64,000 nt of DNA. Source: a plasmid. The stretch lies in sequence record NZ_CP019224.1; one strand, given 5' to 3'. Shown piece by piece: positions 9,090 through 18,689 of the stretch. The notes beneath the pieces are model-generated. The model was not told the origin of the DNA. It saw nothing but the letters and a program-made list of their open reading frames with translations, and ran no database searches. Made by a program: the position numbers and the translations under genes. Numbering within the stretch: the first letter of the stretch is position 1; each line of letters starts with the position of its first letter.

Positions 9090-10742
9090 TCATGCGGCGT
9101 CCCCTTGCGGGGTTGGGGTTTTGGCCTCTCCGCGTCCGGCCCCGCGTGGGCGGGGTCTTACGGATGCTCCGCCGGCACCGGTTGATCCGGTGTCCGCGCC
9201 ATGGCCTGTACCAACCGATTCGGTTGGCCCGGGTACCGATGGGGCCGTGGTCCCGACTGGACCACAACTGGCGTAATCCGGCCAGTCACGGAGATTCAAA
9301 GCAGCATTTCTATCGCGGTCGACCATTTCACCTGTCTGCGGGCAGATGAGGTGCTTGTCGATCCGGCCCTTACCGACCAGGCGGCATGGGGTGCCGTTGG
9401 GGTGGGTGCAGCGGTGGTGGAGCTGGCTTGATGGGAACCAGCGATCCGCCACGATCAGGGTGCTGCCGTGCCGAGTGGTCTTGTAGGCCAGCATCGGCGC
9501 GACCAATCCCATTGCGGCATCAGAAACAGACCGGCGAAACGCCCGCCGGCCCATACTGCGTTTCATCGCGGCCACATCGAGATCTTCGATCACGACCTGG
9601 CCGTAGGTGCCCGCCAACTGCGTGGTGAGTTGGTGGGCTGCTTCCCGCCGCAGATGCACGCACCGACGATCCAATCGGGTCAGCTTGGCTTTCGCTGCCC
9701 GATGACCGTGCGATCCGGGGATACGGCGGGAAAGTTCACGACCAGCCCTGCGGCGGGCGGCAAGTGTCGCCTTGAGCGGGGCCGGATTCTTATACTCGAC
9801 AACGGTTTCGACGCCGGTGGCGGGGTCGATCGTGGCGACGGTGGCCAGCGTGCGCACCCCCAGATCCACCCCGGCGCGCACCGTGGGCTGAGTCGGCGTT
9901 CTTCCCGCGCTCGGGGTGCGCAGCGCATAGCCGACCGACACGAACAACCGGCCCCACCGCTGGGACAGGGTCATGTTCAGGATGCGGGCGCGCCCCGATG
10001 CGAGATGACGTTGCACGCGGCGGGTGTTCTCCTTGGACCGCAGCGCGCTGATGACCGGGACCGTGATGCTATGGCGGTCATCCTCTACCCGCATGGTGCC
10101 GGTGGTGAACCGGACCCGGCCGGGATCGCGTCGCGCCGTGGCGAACCGCGGGAAACCCACCCGCCGACCCTGGCGTCTCCCGTTCTTGCTGGCGCTCCAG
10201 TTGCTCAGTGCCTGGGCCAGATCGGCCAACCCTGCCGAGTAACACTCCTTGCTGTTAGTGGCCCACCACGGCGCCACCTCGTGCTTAGCGAGATTCCACG
10301 CTTTGCGTAGCGCGCCGAGGTCCCAGCCCAACGACTCATGTTCCGGATCAGCCGATTTCGCGTCGAGGTCGGCCTTCACCCGACCCAGACCCCAGTTGAA
10401 CGCCTTGCGGCGAGCACCGAAATGCGACCGCACCAACGCCGCCCGCTCGGGCTCCGCTGGCCATTCCACCTCGAACTTCGCCGCGGTCACCAGCCAACCA
10501 GAGGCCACTTCCGCACCCAGCGAACCGTTGACCGCATAACCGGCGGCGTCCCCGTCGTAGAGCTTGAACAAGACAGACACCGATTCCACCACCGCACGGT
10601 GCGACTCGAAATCCGCGCCCACATCGACATAACGTGACAATGTTTGGCTGCCATCGGGTTTCGGTTTCCCCGGCAACTGCACACCACCGGTCAGCCCGGC
10701 CACCTTCGCCGCCTGACCACAGGTGCGCATCCCGACGATCAT
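9090..10742 (-). CDS. tnpB: TnpB (IS605/IS607 OrfB, RuvC-like plus zinc finger)
   Basis: C-terminal CTHPNGTPC...CPQTGEMVDRDRNAALNLRDW matches the TnpB zinc-finger/RuvC-III region. ATGA overlap with the tnpA stop at 10742. C-terminal 60 aa are low-complexity and may be read-through. Confidence 0.75.
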   Translation of the reverse strand: MIVGMRTCGQAAKVAGLTGGVQLPGKPKPDGSQTLSRYVDVGADFESHRAVVESVSVLFKLYDGDAAGYAVNGSLGAEVASGWLVTAAKFEVEWPAEPERAALVRSHFGARRKAFNWGLGRVKADLDAKSADPEHESLGWDLGALRKAWNLAKHEVAPWWATNSKECYSAGLADLAQALSNWSASKNGRRQGRRVGFPRFATARRDPGRVRFTTGTMRVEDDRHSITVPVISALRSKENTRRVQRHLASGRARILNMTLSQRWGRLFVSVGYALRTPSAGRTPTQPTVRAGVDLGVRTLATVATIDPATGVETVVEYKNPAPLKATLAARRRAGRELSRRIPGSHGHRAAKAKLTRLDRRCVHLRREAAHQLTTQLAGTYGQVVIEDLDVAAMKRSMGRRAFRRSVSDAAMGLVAPMLAYKTTRHGSTLIVADRWFPSSQLHHRCTHPNGTPCRLVGKGRIDKHLICPQTGEMVDRDRNAALNLRDWPDYASCGPVGTTAPSVPGPTESVGTGHGADTGSTGAGGASVRPRPRGAGRGEAKTPTPQGDAA

Positions 10743-11323
10743 CACGCAGCCCCTGGCTCCCGCTTGGTGGCCGTCACCGCACGCATCGCCCGATTCCGCG
10801 CACCACGACGGCCGTAGAGCCGCGCACACATACTGGTCAGGACCTCGATCATGTCGCGCACCAGATCATCGGTGGTCTCACCCGGATCAGCGACCACGAT
10901 CCGGCGGCCCTGCGCCGACAACGCCGCTTCCAGGTGTTCCACCCCGAAACGCGCCAGCCGATCCCGATGCTCCACAACGATCACCCTCGCATCGGGGTCC
11001 GACAAGATGCGGCGCAGCTTGGGCCGCTTCCCATTCAGCCCGGAACCGACCTCGCACACCACCTGGCCCACCTCAAGATCACGCTCCGTGGCCCACGCGG
11101 TCACCCGCGCCACCTGACGGTCCAGATCCGAGCGCTGATCATGGCTGGACACCCGCGCATACACCACCACCGTCGCCGCCGCACCCGATACCGAGGCTGC
11201 CGCCTTGACCAGAATCAGCCGCCCAACCCGCTCCGCGGGCACCGGCAACGTCCCCTCCCGAAACCACCGATAAGCGGTATGCCGGTTCACACCAACCGAT
11301 TCCGCCCAATCCGCCAGATTCAC
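10742..11323 (-). CDS. tnpA: IS607-family TnpA serine recombinase (MerR-like HTH + resolvase catalytic domain)
   Basis: 193 aa; N-terminal HTH ...VGVNRHTAYRWFREG..., catalytic YARVSSHDQ...DLDRQ serine-recombinase motifs. Confidence 0.85.
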   Translation of the reverse strand: MNLADWAESVGVNRHTAYRWFREGTLPVPAERVGRLILVKAAASVSGAAATVVVYARVSSHDQRSDLDRQVARVTAWATERDLEVGQVVCEVGSGLNGKRPKLRRILSDPDARVIVVEHRDRLARFGVEHLEAALSAQGRRIVVADPGETTDDLVRDMIEVLTSMCARLYGRRGARNRAMRAVTATKREPGAA

Positions 11324-11394
11324 AACACCAATTAGAAGACACTAACGCACACTTAAATGCACTCACTGCGCAACAGCTCGCAACCCCGCCCACG

Positions 11395-12830
11395 GGGCAG
11401 GGACTGTCGCAGTAAGGGTGTAAACGGCCTGATCGGCCCCGGTGTGTCGGGGCCGGAAAGGTCGCATGATGACCGAAACTGTCGTGGCTGTGGAGCCATC
11501 GCAGAATCTCGATGTTGAGGCCGCTGCGGCGGCCATTGAAGTCCCGGATAGCCGTGAGGTCGACGAGCTCGAGGTCGCCCGGGAGCTGGTACGCCAGGCC
11601 CGCGAGGCCGGCGTGGCGCTGACCGGCCCGGGCGGCCTGCTCAAGGCGATGACCAAGACGGTCATCGAGACCGCCCTGGACGAGGAATTATCCGAGCACC
11701 TGGGCTATGACCGCCACGATCCGGCCGGGTACGGCTCGGGCAACTCCCGCAACGGAACCAGGGCCAAGACCGTGCTCACCGATGCGTGCGGGCAGATCGA
11801 GATCGACGTCCCGCGCGACCGCGCCGGCAGCTTCGAACCCGAGATCGTCAAGAAGCGTCAACGCCGCTTGACCGATGTCGATGAGGTGGTGTTGTCGCTG
11901 TATGCCCGCGGGCTGACCACCGGTGAGATCAGCGCCCATTTCGCCCACATCTACGGCGCGGCAGTCTCCAAGGACACGATCAGTCGGATCACCGACCGCG
12001 TGGTCGAGGAGATGACCGCCTGGCACACCCGCCCGCTGGAACGCGTGTACGCCGCGGTGTTCATCGACGCCCTGCACGTCAAGATCCGCGACGGCCAGGT
12101 CGGCCCCAGGCCCATCTACGCCGCGATCGGGGTGGACCTGGCCGGGCATCGTGACGTGCTGGGCATGTGGGCCGGCGAGGGCGATGGCGAGTCGGCCAAA
12201 TACTGGCTGGCGGTGCTCACCGAGCTGAAGAACCGCGGGGTGGCCGACATCTTCTTCCTGGTCTGCGATGGGCTCAAAGGCTTACCGCAATCGGTGGGCG
12301 CGGTGTTCCCCGACACTGTGGTCCAGACGTGTGTCATCCATTTGATCCGTGGGACGTTCCGCTATGCCGGGCGCCAGCACCGCGACGCCATTGCCAAGGC
12401 GTTGCGGCCGATCTATACCGCGGTCAACGCTGAGGCTGCAGCGGCAGCGCTGGACGCGTTCGAGGCCGAGTGGGGTAATCGCTATCCGGCAGCAATTCGA
12501 TTGTGGCGCAACGCGTGGAGTGAGTTCATTCCGTTCCTGGACTACGACACTGAGATAAGGAAGGTGATCTGTTCGACCAATGCTATTGAATCGTTGAACG
12601 CCCGCTACCGCCGCGCCGTCCGGGCCCGCGGTCATTTTCCGACCGAGCAGGCAGCGCTGAAGTGCCTATACTTGGTCACCCGGTCGCTGGACCCGACCGG
12701 GACCGGACAGAAGCGATGGACCATGCGCTGGAAACCAGCCCTGAACGCCTTCGCGATCACCTTCGCCGACCGCATGCCCGGCAGCGAAACCACTTAACCG
12801 AAGATGCCGCTTACACCGTTAATCTGACGG
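11395..12830 (+). mobile_element. IS256-family insertion sequence (ends approximate)
   Basis: Contains an IS256-family (mutator-type) transposase gene; flanks approximate. Confidence 0.5.
11442..12797 (+). CDS. IS256-family transposase
   Basis: 451 aa with the conserved IS256/mutator transposase core ...RVYAAVFIDALHVKIRDG...IFFLVCDGLKGLPQSV...ICSTNAIESLNARYRRAVRARGHFPTEQAALK. Confidence 0.85.
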   Translation: MCRGRKGRMMTETVVAVEPSQNLDVEAAAAAIEVPDSREVDELEVARELVRQAREAGVALTGPGGLLKAMTKTVIETALDEELSEHLGYDRHDPAGYGSGNSRNGTRAKTVLTDACGQIEIDVPRDRAGSFEPEIVKKRQRRLTDVDEVVLSLYARGLTTGEISAHFAHIYGAAVSKDTISRITDRVVEEMTAWHTRPLERVYAAVFIDALHVKIRDGQVGPRPIYAAIGVDLAGHRDVLGMWAGEGDGESAKYWLAVLTELKNRGVADIFFLVCDGLKGLPQSVGAVFPDTVVQTCVIHLIRGTFRYAGRQHRDAIAKALRPIYTAVNAEAAAAALDAFEAEWGNRYPAAIRLWRNAWSEFIPFLDYDTEIRKVICSTNAIESLNARYRRAVRARGHFPTEQAALKCLYLVTRSLDPTGTGQKRWTMRWKPALNAFAITFADRMPGSETT

Positions 12831-12831
12831 A

Positions 12832-12972
12832 CCCACGGGGCTGGGTGCGCCGGGTTGCAGGGCTCACCGATGCCATCGCTGGGGATGGACTTCGGGCGAG
12901 GTTTAGCGGCGGGTGCTGCGGCGGCAGCGGGTGTTCCGCCGGTGACATCGGCGCCGATGACGTCGTTGGCGA
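12832..12972. repeat. about 140-bp duplicated fragment of the internal Pro/Gly-rich region of the 5726-8050 gene (matches 6757-6897)
   Basis: Near-identical DNA (cccacggggctgggtgcgcc...ggcgccgatgacgtcgttggcg) found at both sites; sits next to the IS256-family element. Confidence 0.7.
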
Positions 12973-13078
12973 GATCCAAATAGAGACTCAACGAGTCTTG
13001 CTGTTACACAGGCGAACTGCCGAGGTTTCGACTCGCGAGCTGTACGAACACGCGGGGCAGATGAATTAGTTGGGACCG

Positions 13079-13501
13079 TTAGGGCGCTGGCCAGTAGCCG
13101 ATGACGCCGTTGAATTCGAGGTCGGTTTGGGTGAAGTCGTTGCCGATGGCGATGAGGGGTTCGTGTGCGAGTTTGGCGGTGGCGTAGGCCATGGTGTCGC
13201 CGTAGTTGAGGGCGGCGGGGTGGCGGCCTTTTCCGTAGTGGAGGTAGGCGCGGTGGGCGGCGATCGCGTGTTCGAGGGTGAAGGGCTGGAAGCCGAGGTT
13301 GATTTCGGATCGTAGGCGGTCGAAGACGGTGCGCGCGGTCGCGCCGTGTCGGTTGGTGAGAACGATGAGGCATTCGGCTGCGTTGGCCGTGGACATGACG
13401 GGGCTGGGATCGGCGGCGATGGCGGCCGCGATCTGTTCGGTGTAGGGGTCCTCGCCCTGGATGAGGGCGACGATCGCGGAAGAGTCGATGATCAGGATCA
13501 A
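13079..13501 (-). CDS. vapC: VapC PIN-domain toxin
   Basis: 140 aa; [13 protein letters not shown]... PIN N-terminus; 4-nt overlap with upstream vapB. Confidence 0.85.
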   Translation of the reverse strand: MILIIDSSAIVALIQGEDPYTEQIAAAIAADPSPVMSTANAAECLIVLTNRHGATARTVFDRLRSEINLGFQPFTLEHAIAAHRAYLHYGKGRHPAALNYGDTMAYATAKLAHEPLIAIGNDFTQTDLEFNGVIGYWPAP

Positions 13502-13761
13502 ACTCCCGTTGCTGTGTCGTATCCGAGGGCTTGTTCGCGTTCGGTTTTGGTGATTGGGGATCGGTCGTCCAGTAGTGGCCAGATCTCGGTTTTGAGGACG
13601 TCGAGCAGTTCTGCGGAGCGGTTTGCGGTGCGGGATTGGGTGACTTCGATCTGGGCTCGCAGGGCGTAGCGGATGGCGTCGATGCGGCTGGGGAGGTGGA
13701 GGCGCGCGGCGAGCTCGTCTGCGAAGCGGATGACCTCTTCGTCTTTCACGTTGAAAGCCAT
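13498..13761 (-). CDS. vapB: VapB antitoxin
   Basis: 87-aa C-terminal segment of track ORF 13498..14379 ([34 protein letters not shown]...); the rest of that ORF is Arg/Pro-rich reverse-strand artefact. Confidence 0.7.
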   Translation of the reverse strand: MAFNVKDEEVIRFADELAARLHLPSRIDAIRYALRAQIEVTQSRTANRSAELLDVLKTEIWPLLDDRSPITKTEREQALGYDTATGV

Positions 13762-13862
13762 GGGTACATGGTACCCCGTGGACGGTGTCCGGTACTTCGC
13801 GGGTGATCGCTTTGCCGGCGTGGGTGTGGCCCGGCTGGGTAGTGCCGGGTTAATTTTGTGGG

Positions 13863-14837
13863 GTGAGTGTTGCGGCGTTTGTGGCTGGGGTTGATCGGTT
13901 GCTGAGCCGTGCGCATGAGTTGTTTCCGGCCGGGGGTGCGGGCGGGGCACTGCCGAGCTCGGGTGATGTTGCGGTGCCGGGCTCTCCGGAGGGTGGCAGT
14001 GGTTTGCGGGCCGGGGTGGTACGCGCGGCCGGTTCTTATCAGCAGGCTCGCAGTGGGGCGGCGGGCCTGGATGGGGAGCTGGCGCAAAGCGCCGAGGAAG
14101 GCGCGCAGATCGGGGCCCAGGGCCGGGAGGCGTCGGGGTTGATTCGCGATCAGGCCCGTACCAGCGCGGCCGCGCTGTTGCCGATGGCTCGCACGCCAGC
14201 GGGTGCGCACCTGCTGATGGCGACGATGGATCAACATTTGGCGGCGATGCAGGACCAGCTGCAGACCACCAAAACCCAGTACCAGGCCATCTCGGCGGGA
14301 TTGCGCCAAACCGCCGCCGGCTATCACACCTTGACTGACGGCGCGAAGGACTCACCGCCGGCGGCGCCGCTGGACTCATCGGATAAGTGGAAGCCAGGCG
14401 ACAAGCATCATGAGCCTTACGGGGCTGGCGTGGGCGGGATGGGTCCGCCGAACTATCCCCATTCGCCGCCGTGGGTGGACATTTACGACAGGACGAAAGA
14501 TCCGGATCAGGTTCCGCACTATTTCGTCAGATCTGACGAGATTCCCGGCTACCAGGTCCTTCCGCCGGGGCGCTATGGTCCCGCGACGGTTTACGACGAG
14601 CACGGCAACCCTGATCCTTATGTCCAGTTGGGCCCGAATTCTGGTGTGTGGGTGCCGCAGTCGGCTTTCCCGGGGGCGAAGGTCTATCCGCCGGGTGGGG
14701 GTGAGTTGCCGCCGTATGGGTGGAGTGAGTATGTGCCGGGCTCGGGGATTTTCTTGTGGCACGGGGATTTGATGCCGGAGCCGTATAAGCCGTATGGCCC
14801 GTCCGGGCCGCCGACGATTCCGCAGGGCGGCCGCTAA
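13863..14837 (+). CDS. paralog A of a three-gene family: shared N-terminal helical domain + Pro/Tyr/Gly-rich C-terminus
   Basis: GTG start. N-terminal about 150 aa homologous to the next two genes; C-terminus rich in P/Y/G ([12 protein letters not shown]...); no Sec signal peptide. Confidence 0.6.
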   Translation: MSVAAFVAGVDRLLSRAHELFPAGGAGGALPSSGDVAVPGSPEGGSGLRAGVVRAAGSYQQARSGAAGLDGELAQSAEEGAQIGAQGREASGLIRDQARTSAAALLPMARTPAGAHLLMATMDQHLAAMQDQLQTTKTQYQAISAGLRQTAAGYHTLTDGAKDSPPAAPLDSSDKWKPGDKHHEPYGAGVGGMGPPNYPHSPPWVDIYDRTKDPDQVPHYFVRSDEIPGYQVLPPGRYGPATVYDEHGNPDPYVQLGPNSGVWVPQSAFPGAKVYPPGGGELPPYGWSEYVPGSGIFLWHGDLMPEPYKPYGPSGPPTIPQGGR

Positions 14838-14857
14838 ACCGGCCCGAACTGGCGGTG

Positions 14858-15478
14858 CGTGGCTGTGGCCGGGGGGATTTGCTCGGGTTAATTTTGGTGG
14901 GTGAGTGTTGCGGCGTTCGTGGCTGGGGTTGATCGGCTGCTGAGTCGCGGTCATGAGTTGTTCCCGGCCGGGGGGCCGGGTGGTGGGCAGGTGTTCGCCG
15001 CTGGGGGTCGGGTGCCGGTGCCGGAGGCCCCGGATGGCCACAGCGGTTTGACGGGTGGGGCTCGGGCCGCCGGTGGGGCGTATCAGCAGGCGCAGGCCGG
15101 TGCGGATGGTCTTGACGGGGACTCGGGGCAGGCGGTAGCCCAAGGTGGTGAGGTTGGTGCGCAGGGCCGCGCCGGGTCGGGGTTGATTCGGGATCAGGCC
15201 CGCGCGGTGGGTGCTGCGACCGCGGGGATGGGTCGTTCGCCGGCGGGCGCGAAGTTGATCATGGCGGCCATGGATGATCATTTGGCCGCGATGCAGCGTC
15301 AGTTGGATCAGACCACGGCCGAAAACCGGCTGTTGGCGATGCGGATGCGTCAGCTGGCGGCGGGCTATCGCGGTCTGGGTGCAGGTGGGATGGGCGGCGG
15401 TATGCCCCTGTCCGGGCTGGGCGGCTTGATGTCGGGCGGCGGCGGTGGCGGCGGCCTGAGCGGGTTAAGCGGCTTGGG
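14858..15478. repeat. about 620-bp near-identical direct repeat, copy 1 (5' UTR + N-terminal domain of paralog B)
   Basis: Near-identical to 16047-16667 (compared by eye); the two encoded N-terminal domains differ at a single residue over about 190 aa. Confidence 0.8.
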
Positions 15479-16004
15479 GAGCGTGCCTGGAGGGTGGAGC
15501 CGTTTGGTGGGATCGGTCCGCGGGGGCCGGGGGCCGCGGAGCGAGGAAGCGGCGCCGCGCGGCGATGTGGGGACTGCGCTGGGCGGGTTGACGCAGGATT
15601 CGTCTCCGCGTGAAGTGGCTGCAGCGATCATCCATGAGGCTCGCCGGCGCGGCTACTCGCCGCACCAGACGATCGCGATCTTGTCTACGGCGATGCAAGA
15701 AAGCGGGTTGCGTCCTCGGGCTGTGAGTCCGAATGGGTTGTGGAGAAGCATTTTCCAGCAAGACTCGGGTTATCCGGGCCGCAATAATCCCAACACGGCG
15801 ATTTCGGGATTTTTCGATCGGCTGGCCCACCATGGCGGTCCGTCGTCACCGGACATTTGGAAGTCGATCTTCTGGTTACAGCAGCGCCCGGGCGATTCGT
15901 CGGCTGAGGCGGCAGTGGCGCACGGACGTAGGGGCTATTTGAACGAGATCCAGAGTCAGTTGCCCAGGGCGACGGCGTTGTATCGCAGCATCGCCGGAGT
16001 TTGA
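14901..16004 (+). CDS. paralog B: shared N-terminal domain + C-terminal domain with possible lysozyme/transglycosylase-like motif
   Basis: C-terminus ...IIHEARRRGYSPHQTIAILSTAMQESGLRPRAV... has an E-S pair reminiscent of SLT catalytic motifs; this is speculative. Confidence 0.6.
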   Translation: MSVAAFVAGVDRLLSRGHELFPAGGPGGGQVFAAGGRVPVPEAPDGHSGLTGGARAAGGAYQQAQAGADGLDGDSGQAVAQGGEVGAQGRAGSGLIRDQARAVGAATAGMGRSPAGAKLIMAAMDDHLAAMQRQLDQTTAENRLLAMRMRQLAAGYRGLGAGGMGGGMPLSGLGGLMSGGGGGGGLSGLSGLGSVPGGWSRLVGSVRGGRGPRSEEAAPRGDVGTALGGLTQDSSPREVAAAIIHEARRRGYSPHQTIAILSTAMQESGLRPRAVSPNGLWRSIFQQDSGYPGRNNPNTAISGFFDRLAHHGGPSSPDIWKSIFWLQQRPGDSSAEAAVAHGRRGYLNEIQSQLPRATALYRSIAGV

Positions 16005-16046
16005 CCACCACCACCACAACGATGTACGAGGATGCTGCGAATTTTG

Positions 16047-16667
16047 CGTGGCTGTGGCCGGGGGGATTTGCTCGGGTTAATTTTGGTGGGTGAGTGTTGC
16101 GGCGTTCGTGGCTGGGGTTGATCGGCTGCTGAGTCGCGGTCATGAGTTGTTCCCGGCCGGGGGGCCGGGTGGTGGGCAGGTGTTCGCCGCTGGGGGTCGG
16201 GTGCCGGTGCCGGAGGCCCCGGATGGCGACAGCGGTTTGACGGGTGGGGCTCGGGCCGCCGGTGGGGCGTATCAGCAGGCGCAGGCCGGTGCGGATGGTC
16301 TTGACGGGGACTCGGGGCAGGCGGTGGCCCAAGGTGGTGAGGTTGGTGCGCAGGGCCGCGCCGGGTCGGGGTTGATTCGGGATCAGGCCCGCGCGGTGGG
16401 TGCTGCGACCGCGGGGATGGGTCGTTCGCCGGCGGGGGCGAAGTTGATTATGGCGGCCATGGATGATCATTTGGCCGCGATGCAGCGTCAGTTGGATCAG
16501 ACCACGGCCGAAAACCGGCTGTTGGCGATGCGGATGCGTCAGCTGGCGGCGGGCTATCGCGGTCTGGGTGCAGGTGGGATGGGCGGCGGTATGCCCCTGT
16601 CCGGGCTGGGCGGCTTGATGTCGGGCGGCGGCGGTGGCGGCGGCCTGAGCGGGTTGAGCGGCTTGGC
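16047..16667. repeat. about 620-bp direct repeat, copy 2
   Basis: See copy 1. Confidence 0.8.
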
Positions 16668-17130
16668 GTCGGGGATACCGGCGTCACTGATGGGCAGCCT
16701 GAGTCGCGGCGGCGGTGAGAACGGGGGGCCGGGTGAGCAGTCGGGCGCTTCGCTTCTGGGCGGCGGTGGCAGTGGGACGGCGCTGCGGGCGGTGCAGTTC
16801 GCCGAGACCAAGTTGGGTGATCCGTACGTGTGGGGCGCGACAGGGCCGCGCCAATACGACTGCTCCGGGTTGGTGATGGACGCCTACCGGCACGCGGGGG
16901 TTCAGTTGCCGCGCATGACCTACGACATGATTCACAAAGGTATGACGGTGGATCGCGCTGAGGTGCGGGCCGGTGATCTGGTGTTTTCCAATTTCTCGAG
17001 CAGAGGGCCGGAGCATGTGCAGATGGCGGTGTCCTCGACGAAGGTCATTGAGGCGCCCACCCCGGGGGGCCACGTCCAGTATTCGGGCTTCCCGCGTGGG
17101 CATGTTGTCGTGAAAAGAATTGTCGGATAA
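16090..17130 (+). CDS. paralog C: shared N-terminal domain + C-terminal NlpC/P60 peptidoglycan endopeptidase domain
   Basis: C-terminus LGDPYVWGATGPRQYDCSGLVMDAYRHAGVQLPR...H carries the NlpC/P60 Cys-His signature. Confidence 0.75.
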   Translation: MSVAAFVAGVDRLLSRGHELFPAGGPGGGQVFAAGGRVPVPEAPDGDSGLTGGARAAGGAYQQAQAGADGLDGDSGQAVAQGGEVGAQGRAGSGLIRDQARAVGAATAGMGRSPAGAKLIMAAMDDHLAAMQRQLDQTTAENRLLAMRMRQLAAGYRGLGAGGMGGGMPLSGLGGLMSGGGGGGGLSGLSGLASGIPASLMGSLSRGGGENGGPGEQSGASLLGGGGSGTALRAVQFAETKLGDPYVWGATGPRQYDCSGLVMDAYRHAGVQLPRMTYDMIHKGMTVDRAEVRAGDLVFSNFSSRGPEHVQMAVSSTKVIEAPTPGGHVQYSGFPRGHVVVKRIVG

Positions 17131-17147
17131 CGATTTAACGGTGGGTA

Positions 17148-18689
17148 TTGACGGTGGTTGAGCCGGGAGTGGATAAGGACGACGAGTCGCGCTGGCGCGG
17201 GCGCGGTCTGGGGCTTTCGACGCGGGTACAGGTGTCGGGGCACATGTTTTTCGCCCGTCGCGCGGTGGCGGCGATGACTCGGCGGCGGGTGCGGATGGAG
17301 GCCGAGCCGGGCCGGCGCCAGTCGATGGCGATGTTGGCGGGTGTGACGCTGACCGCTGTGCTGTGTCTGGGGGCGTTGTTCTGGTCGTTTGTGCGCCCGG
17401 CCGGTTCGGCGGGGCAGGCGCGGATTGTGGCCGATCAGGATTCGGGGGCGCTGTATGTGCGGGTGGGCGAGAAGCTGTATCCGGCGTTGAATTTGTCCTC
17501 GGCGCGGTTGATCGCCGGGGAGGCGGCCAGCCCGGTTCGGGTGCGCCGCAGCGAGATTGACGCAGCGCCGCGCGGGCCGCTGGTCGGTATTGCCGGCGCC
17601 CCGCAGGATATGGTGGCGACGTCGCCGGGTCGCTCGTCGTGGTTGGTGTGTGATGAGATCACCAAGGCGTTCGGGGCGGCTGCGCCTGAGCCGGTGACGG
17701 TGACCGTCATCGACGGCCAGCCCGAGCTGGGTCCACGCCGCCACGTGCTGGGCCCTGATGATGCGATGGTGCGCCGCTATGGGGATGCGGTGTGGTTGAT
17801 CCGCGATGGGCGGCGCTCGTTGATCAATCAGGGTGCTCGGGCGGTGCTGTTGGCGTTGGGGCTGGGCGAGGATGCGGTGTTGGGGTCGCGCCCGATGAGC
17901 CGGGCCTTATTCGATGCGATCCCGGTGGGCCCGGAGTTGTCGGTGCCGGTGATCCCGAATGCGGGCTCGCCGGCACGGTTCGCGGGGGCGCCGGGCCCGG
18001 TGGGGACGGTGGTATCGACTCCGCAGGTGGGTGGGCAGACCGCGTATTCGGTGGTGCTCACCGATGGCGTGCAGCCGGTGTCGCCGGTGGTGGCTCAGGT
18101 GCTGCAAAATGCCGGGCCGGCCGGTGCGGTGATCCCGGTGGTGGCTGGCCCGGTGTTGGCGAAGTTGCCGGTGGTGCAAACCCTGGACTTGTCGGCGTTC
18201 CCGGCTACCCCGCCGCGGGTGATCGATAGCCAGGTCAACGCCGCGGCGTGCTGGCACTGGGAGAAGGTGAGCGGTGAGGCGCTGGCTAGCACGTCGGTCA
18301 TCGCCGGCCCGAGCATCCCGGTGGCCGAGGGCCAAGTGGACAAAGTGGTGGACTTGGTGAAAGCCCCGGGGCCACAGATGCAGGCCGACCGCGTGTATCT
18401 GGGCCCTGAGTACGCCAATTACGTGGTGTCCACCGGTAATTCGCCGTCAGCGGCCACGGTGGAGTCGTTGTGGTGGATATCCGAATCAGGGGTGCGGTTC
18501 GGGGTGCCGCGCCAGGAGGACACGATGAACGCTTTGGGTTTGAAGAAGCATTCCCCGAGCCCGGCGCCGTGGCTGGCGCTGCGGCTGCTGGCCGCCGGGC
18601 CGGCATTGTCGCGCTCTGATGCGCTGGTGCGTCACAACACGCTGCCTGTCGATGCCAACCCGGCCGAACTGGAGGTCCCGAAGTCATGA
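17148..18689 (+). CDS. eccB: ESX type VII secretion membrane component EccB
   Basis: N-terminal ...LSTRVQVSGHMFFARR... EccB signature, single TM, large periplasmic domain; ATGA overlap with eccC. True start may be a few codons downstream. Confidence 0.9.
   Translation: MTVVEPGVDKDDESRWRGRGLGLSTRVQVSGHMFFARRAVAAMTRRRVRMEAEPGRRQSMAMLAGVTLTAVLCLGALFWSFVRPAGSAGQARIVADQDSGALYVRVGEKLYPALNLSSARLIAGEAASPVRVRRSEIDAAPRGPLVGIAGAPQDMVATSPGRSSWLVCDEITKAFGAAAPEPVTVTVIDGQPELGPRRHVLGPDDAMVRRYGDAVWLIRDGRRSLINQGARAVLLALGLGEDAVLGSRPMSRALFDAIPVGPELSVPVIPNAGSPARFAGAPGPVGTVVSTPQVGGQTAYSVVLTDGVQPVSPVVAQVLQNAGPAGAVIPVVAGPVLAKLPVVQTLDLSAFPATPPRVIDSQVNAAACWHWEKVSGEALASTSVIAGPSIPVAEGQVDKVVDLVKAPGPQMQADRVYLGPEYANYVVSTGNSPSAATVESLWWISESGVRFGVPRQEDTMNALGLKKHSPSPAPWLALRLLAAGPALSRSDALVRHNTLPVDANPAELEVPKS

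Larger units (their letters stand above)
9090..11400 (-). mobile_element. IS607-family insertion sequence (tnpA serine recombinase + tnpB); ends approximate
   Basis: Overlapping tnpA/tnpB pair typical of IS607 family; replaces the 5' half of vapC and its vapB. Confidence 0.6.

Noticed and set aside
13762-14379. N-terminal 200 aa of track ORF 13498..14379 (-)
   Set aside because: Only the last 87 aa (VapB) look real; the upstream part is Pro/Arg-rich and antisense to paralog A.
14376-17744. Series of 260-300-aa minus-strand ORFs antisense to the paralog triplet
   Set aside because: All are Arg/Pro/His-rich; the sense-strand genes have recognisable domains (NlpC/P60).
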